Source of the DNA: Chrysomallon squamiferum
Lineage: Eukaryota; Animalia; Mollusca
DNA: 64,000 nt
NCBI GenBank assembly: GCA_012295275.1
Contig: CM022675.1
Span: forward strand, 1,178,001 to 1,242,000
Direction: 5' to 3'
In this document: positions 58,935 through 64,000 of the stretch, piece after piece
Layout of the letters: every line of letters starts with the position of its first letter
How positions within the stretch are numbered: position 1 is the first letter of the stretch
Notes under the pieces: model-generated
Seen by the model: only the letters and a program-made list of their open reading frames with translations
What the model was told of the DNA's origin: nothing
Databases searched by the model: none
Position numbers and translations under genes: made by a program

Positions 58935-59577
58935 TGATGATAATCCCTGCTTAGTTCTTTTTTTATTTCTTTCTTCTTTTTTGTTCCCTTTATGCAGTTT
59001 GTTTCTTTTCTTTTTATTTTTTTTGTTGTATTAATTCTCTGACGTCATAGACCAATTGGTCTCTGTCATACACTAAATATCTGATGTCGCAGACAGAATT
59101 TTAATACAGTGAAAGCGTATCTTGTTTTCGTTATATTCTATTTATATTTTACTTTTATTTGTTCTGTTTGTTACTGAATACCTGTATTGACCACCGACAG
59201 CTTTTAGGACCATTGCGGTCTGTCACGGTTATTGATAAATCGAAAATAAGATGAAAACATATTGTTAAAGAACTTCGTGATTAAAATGATTCTAACATTT
59301 TATTTTTGATCTGTCTATATTGTTTTCCCATTAAGAAGCGTGCTGTTAAAAAGATTATGGTAAACGAGGAGATAGGTAAAGAGAGTCACGTGACCAGTAT
59401 TGCGTGTGTGGTGTACGTTAGTGTAGATTTAATTAATAAAAATCAGTAGGAGTGAGACTTAGTTGTGTTTCTGTGTCTCCAGGCTTTTATATAAATTATT
59501 CACACACACAGTTATCATGTGTTCTTTTTTCTTAAATATATTTATTTATTATTAATATTAATATACGTATTAGTAGC

Positions 59578-59608
<31 letters not shown>

Positions 59609-60285
59609 ATTGTAGTAGTAATAATAACAGTATTAATAAAATTATTAATAACAATAATAGGAACAAATAGTTTACTGCAAACAGGGTAACACATACCACA
59701 GTTTGTAAAGGACACTTGTAGTTCAGAGTCACGGAAGATAAATAACAACAGAGCGCGCTAGAGCGATTTGATCCTGTTATCTATCGTATATCAGAGATAT
59801 TCAAACCACGCTTTAATGAAATTTCAAAAGTGACCAGAAGAAGCAGATGAATTTGTACAAGGATTTTAATATCAGTAATGAATATATATATATACACACA
59901 CACACACACTCAGACACACACACACACATACACATACACAGACACACACAGAGACACACACATACACAGACACACACAGAGACACACACAGACACACACA
60001 GAGACACACACAGACACACACACACATACCCAGACACAAACAGACACACACACACACACACATCCACACATACACACACACAGACACACACACACACACA
60101 CACATCCACACATACACACACATACACACACACACACAAAGACACGTGTAAACAGCTTACCTAGCAAGCCCTGTAGACTGTAAAACATACCCTAAAACAT
60201 ACCCAGACACACACAGAGACACACACACACACACACAGACACACACAGACACACACACACACACACACACGTGTAAACAGCTTAC

Positions 60286-60389
60286 CTAGCAGGCCCTGTA
60301 GACTGTAGATTGGAACTTGTTTTATTGTCGTCACAACAGGATCAGGAAAGAAAAAGTGAAGAGTGACCACATTGGAGTCCAGATCAGGG
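60286..60389 (-). CDS. DEG/ENaC penultimate exon (pre-TM2 strands)
   Basis: tttctgttcacag|C...CTAG|gtaagc, phase 2 in and phase 1 out. Encodes PDLDSNVVTLHFFFPDPVVTTIKQVPIYSLQGLL, equivalent to the ASIC segment NILVLDIFF...ETIEQKKAY...GLL. Confidence 0.9.
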
Positions 60390-60428
60390 CTGTGAACAGA
60401 AATATTTTTATTGTTACTATTATTATTA

Positions 60429-60484
<56 letters not shown>

Positions 60485-60833
60485 GTTATTGTTATTGTTA
60501 TTGTTATTGTTATTATTATTATTGTTATTATGATTATTGTTATTATTATTGTTGTTATTATTATTTTCGCTATTTTTATTATTTCTTTTATTATTATTTG
60601 TTATTATTGTTGTTGTTACTGTTATTATTATTTCTGTATGTGTGTCTCTCTGGATGGATATATGGAAAGATAGACTGATAGAGAGAGTGACTGACCGACA
60701 TACAGACAGAGAGACAGACGACATATAGAAAAGGAGACAGAGAAAGATCGATAGACAGACAGATAGACAGATAGACAGAGAGATGGATGAAGCAATGATT
60801 AAAGCTGAAAGTTATCTCACAAAGACTATTAAA

Positions 60834-62419
60834 TCTACGACATTTTATAAAACTTACATCTTCGACTGAAAGAAGTTTGTGTCTACGACAGTTTATAAAA
60901 CTTACATCTTCGACTGAAAGAAGTTTGTGTCTACGACAGTTTATAAAACTTACATCTTCGACTGAAAGAAGTTTGTGTCTACGAGATTTTATAAAACTTA
61001 CATCTTCGACTGAAAGAAGTTTGTGTCTACGACAGTTTATAAAACTTACATCTTCGACTGAAAGAAGTTTGTGTCTACGAGATTTTATAAAACTTACATC
61101 TTCGACTGAAAGAAGTTTGTGTCTACGACAGTTTATAAAACTTACATCTTCGACTGAAAGAAGTTTGTGTCTACGAGATTTTATAAAACTTACATCTTCG
61201 ACTGAAAGAAGTTTGTGTCTACGAGATTTTATAAAACTTACATCTTCGACTGAAAGAAGTTTGTGTCTACGAGATTTTATAAAACTTACATCTTCGACTG
61301 AAAGAAGTTTGTGTCTACGAGATTTTATAAAACTTACATCTTCGACTGAAAGAAGTTTGTGTCTACGACATTTTATAAAACTTACATCTTCGACTGAAAG
61401 AAGTTTGTGGCTGCGACAGTTTATAAAACTTACATCTTCGACTGAAAGAAGTTTGTGTCTACGAGAGTTTATAAAACTTACATCTTCGACTGAAAGAAGT
61501 TTGTGTCTACGAGATTTTATTTACATCTTCGACTGAAAGAAGTTTGTGTCTACGAGAGTTTATAAAACTTACATCTTCGACTGAAAGAAGTTTGTGTCTA
61601 CGAGATTTTATAAAACTTACATCTTCGACTGAAAGAAGTTTGTGTCTACGACATTTTATAAAACTTACATCTTCGACTGAAAGAAGTTTGTGGCTGCGAC
61701 AGTTTATAAAACTTACATCTTCGACTGAAAGAAGTTTGTATCTACGAGATTTTATAAAACTTACATCTTCGACTGAAAGAAGTTTGTATCTACGAGATTT
61801 TATAAAACTTACATCTTCGACTGAAAGAAGTTTGTATCTACGAGATTTTATAAAACTTACATCTTCGACTGAAAGAAGTTTGTGTCTACGAGATTTTATA
61901 AAACTTACATCTTCGACTGAAAGAAGTTTGTGTCTACGACAGTTTATAGAACTTACATCTTCGACTGAAAGAAGTTTCTGTCTACGAGATTTTATAAAAC
62001 TTACATCTTCGACTGAAAGAAGTTTGTGTCTACGACAGTTTATAAAACTTACATCTTCGACTGAAAGAAGTTTGTGTCTACGAGATTTTATAAAACTTAC
62101 ATCTTCGACTGAAAGAAGTTTGTGTCTACGACAGTTTATAAAACTTACATCTTCGACTGAAAGAAGTTTGTGTCTACGACAGTTTATAGAACTTACATCT
62201 TCGACTGAAAGAAGTTTGTGTCTACGACAGTTTATAGAACTTACATCTTCGACTGAAAGAAGTTTCTGTCTACGAGATTTTATAAAACTTACATCTTCGA
62301 CTGAAAGAAGTTTGTGTCTACGAGATTTTATAAAACTTACATCTTCGACTGAAAGAAGTTTGTGTCTACGACAGTTTATAGAACTTACATCTTCGACTGA
62401 AAGAAGTTTGTGGCTGCGA
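60834..62419. repeat. 48-bp minisatellite, about 33 copies, in a DEG/ENaC intron
   Basis: Unit (+) AAACTTACATCTTCGACTGAAAGAAGTTTGTGTCTACGA(C/G)A(G/T)TTTATA. One shortened unit near 61520. The terminal copy overlaps the exon end. Confidence 0.97.
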
Positions 62420-62521
62420 ATTTTGCACACGTCACTGACGCCTGGTAGTGACTCTCTCTGCAGGGCAGTGGACAGTCGCACTCACGTTTGTCCACTCCGT
62501 TCTGACCACTGTAGTACTGGG
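62389..62521 (-). CDS. DEG/ENaC exon (cysteine-rich thumb end)
   Basis: Branch point TACTAAC followed by gtttgttgtaattcag|CC...GAAGAT|gtaagt, phase 1 in and phase 2 out. Encodes (A)QYYSGQNGVDKRECDCPLPCRESHYQASVTCAKFAATNFFQSK with the family C-x-C-x3-C-x4-Y pattern. Confidence 0.9.
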
Positions 62522-62539
62522 CTGAATTACAACAAACAC

Positions 62540-62850
62540 GTGTTAGTACATGCACAAACATAAATATGTGTGTTATTACATATACAAACTTAAATATGTG
62601 TTATTACATACACAAACATAAATATGTATTATTACATATACAAACATTAATATGTGTTATTACATATACAAACATAAATGTGTGTGTTTTTACATTTTAT
62701 AAATATAGATAGGTGTTATTATATATGTACAAACATAAATTTGTTATTATATGTTGAAATATAAATCTATGTGTTATTACATAGATGAATTCAAATATGT
62801 TTTATTACATGTACAAATATAAATATGTGTGTTTTTACATATAAAAATAC
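62540..62850. repeat. Degenerate ~28-bp tandem repeat starting at the branch-point region of the DEG/ENaC 62521 exon
   Basis: Unit GTGTTATTACATATACAAACATAAATAT, roughly 10 copies that decay with distance from the exon. The first copy reads GTGTTAGTACA (TACTAAC on the minus strand). Confidence 0.8.
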
Positions 62851-63754
62851 ACACATGCAACTATATATATGAGGTCTCTCTTGTTTCTATGTTTGTTTCT
62901 CTTTCTCTTTATTAATTGTATTTTCGTCTCGTCTGACTATAAAGATATATACTCTAACCTAAATGCAACAAAATACACACTCCATTTATTTCTTTTATTG
63001 CAAAGTACTTTACTAAAAACTACACTGTGAACAATTAATGATTTTTTGTTTTATTATTTAATCATTTATTATTATTATCTTTCATAAACTGAAGCACAGC
63101 ACCAACATAATTTTTCATTCATTTGTGATGTTAGAAAATTAATTACTGTGTGTTAATGGTTTTGTAAAACAAATATTTGACATCCATCAGACGATGACAG
63201 AACAATAATGATTGTTATTTGTGAGGACATTTAAACGTTCGACAAGGAAAATGGTAGACAGTTGATCGATATTCTCTTGTTAAAAAAAATATAACAGATT
63301 TTGATTTCACAGTTTTTGTTCACGATTTGTAGAAAGTATATAATCCATATTTTATAAACGGAATTCATACATTTTGAAAACGTATGATGGCGTACAAAGA
63401 GAAGAATGTTGTCAACATCTCTTCAGCATTGTAGCTGTGTCCACTGCTTAGTGTTGTTAGATTTCAGGAATAATTTTGAGTAAACTGATAAGATAATTAG
63501 AATCTCTAATTTCATGTCACTGAGAAAAACAACAACATCAGAACAATCCTCGAACAAAAACGACCCACCCAAGGAAAAAAAAATTATATTTATTTGTTTA
63601 TCCATCCATTTGTGTACTTCTTGCATTCCGTATTGTCCGTTTTTAGTTTTCTTGTTTGTTTTGTTTCGTTTGTTTGTTTGTTGTTGTTTTTTTCTTGTGT
63701 GGGTCGTATTTGTTCGAGATTTTTTCTGTTAATGTATGTATGTATGTATGTATG

Positions 63755-63824
<70 letters not shown>

Positions 63825-63847
63825 TAGATAAATAAACGTTTATTTAC

Positions 63848-63904
63848 CTTCCGCTCTTCTGTAACAATCAGCGAGTACTTCCATAGTACACAGTGTCTCA
63901 TTAC
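63848..63904 (-). CDS. DEG/ENaC exon (thumb domain); the gene continues beyond the window end
   Basis: attattacag|GT AAT GAG...GAA G|gtaaat, phase 1-1. Encodes (G)NETLCTMEVLADCYRRAE, with the Cys spacing of ASIC GDAPYCTPEQYKEC, and joins in frame to the 62521 exon. Confidence 0.82.
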
Positions 63905-63919
63905 CTGTAATAATAATAA

Positions 63920-63963
<44 letters not shown>

Positions 63964-64000
63964 CTGTTAGTATCACTACTACTACTACTACTGCACACAG

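Overview
Eukaryotic (metazoan) genomic DNA, very AT-rich and dense in microsatellites [(AG)n, (AAT)n, (ACT)n, (AC)n, (AAAT)n]. A lophotrochozoan/mollusc origin is my inference from the composition and protein style. Nearly all ORFs in the supplied track are translations of simple repeats. Three real spliced genes can be assembled by hand, all on the minus strand. (1) A complete two-exon Gbx homeobox gene (16300-15892, 8461-7998; 290 aa), surrounded by CpG-rich putative enhancer islands. (2) A four-coding-exon Golgi carbohydrate sulfotransferase of the HNK-1ST/CHST8-14 family (41609-32093; about 378 aa). It has an altered 5'-PAPS-binding motif and a -1 frame break near its C-terminus, in an interval that contains an A_AAU_UUU heptamer. 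(3) The last four exons of a DEG/ENaC (ASIC/pickpocket-like) channel (63904-57694), which the ORF track does not reveal as a gene. The most striking structural pattern is that the large minisatellites are amplified copies of exon-intron junctions: a 54-bp x~44 array and a 48-bp x~33 array each start inside an exon and repeat its 5' splice site. A ~97-bp x6 array repeats a 3' splice site, a 28-bp array repeats a branch-point region, and one more donor is duplicated once. No rRNA, intact tRNA, CRISPR array or intact transposon was found.
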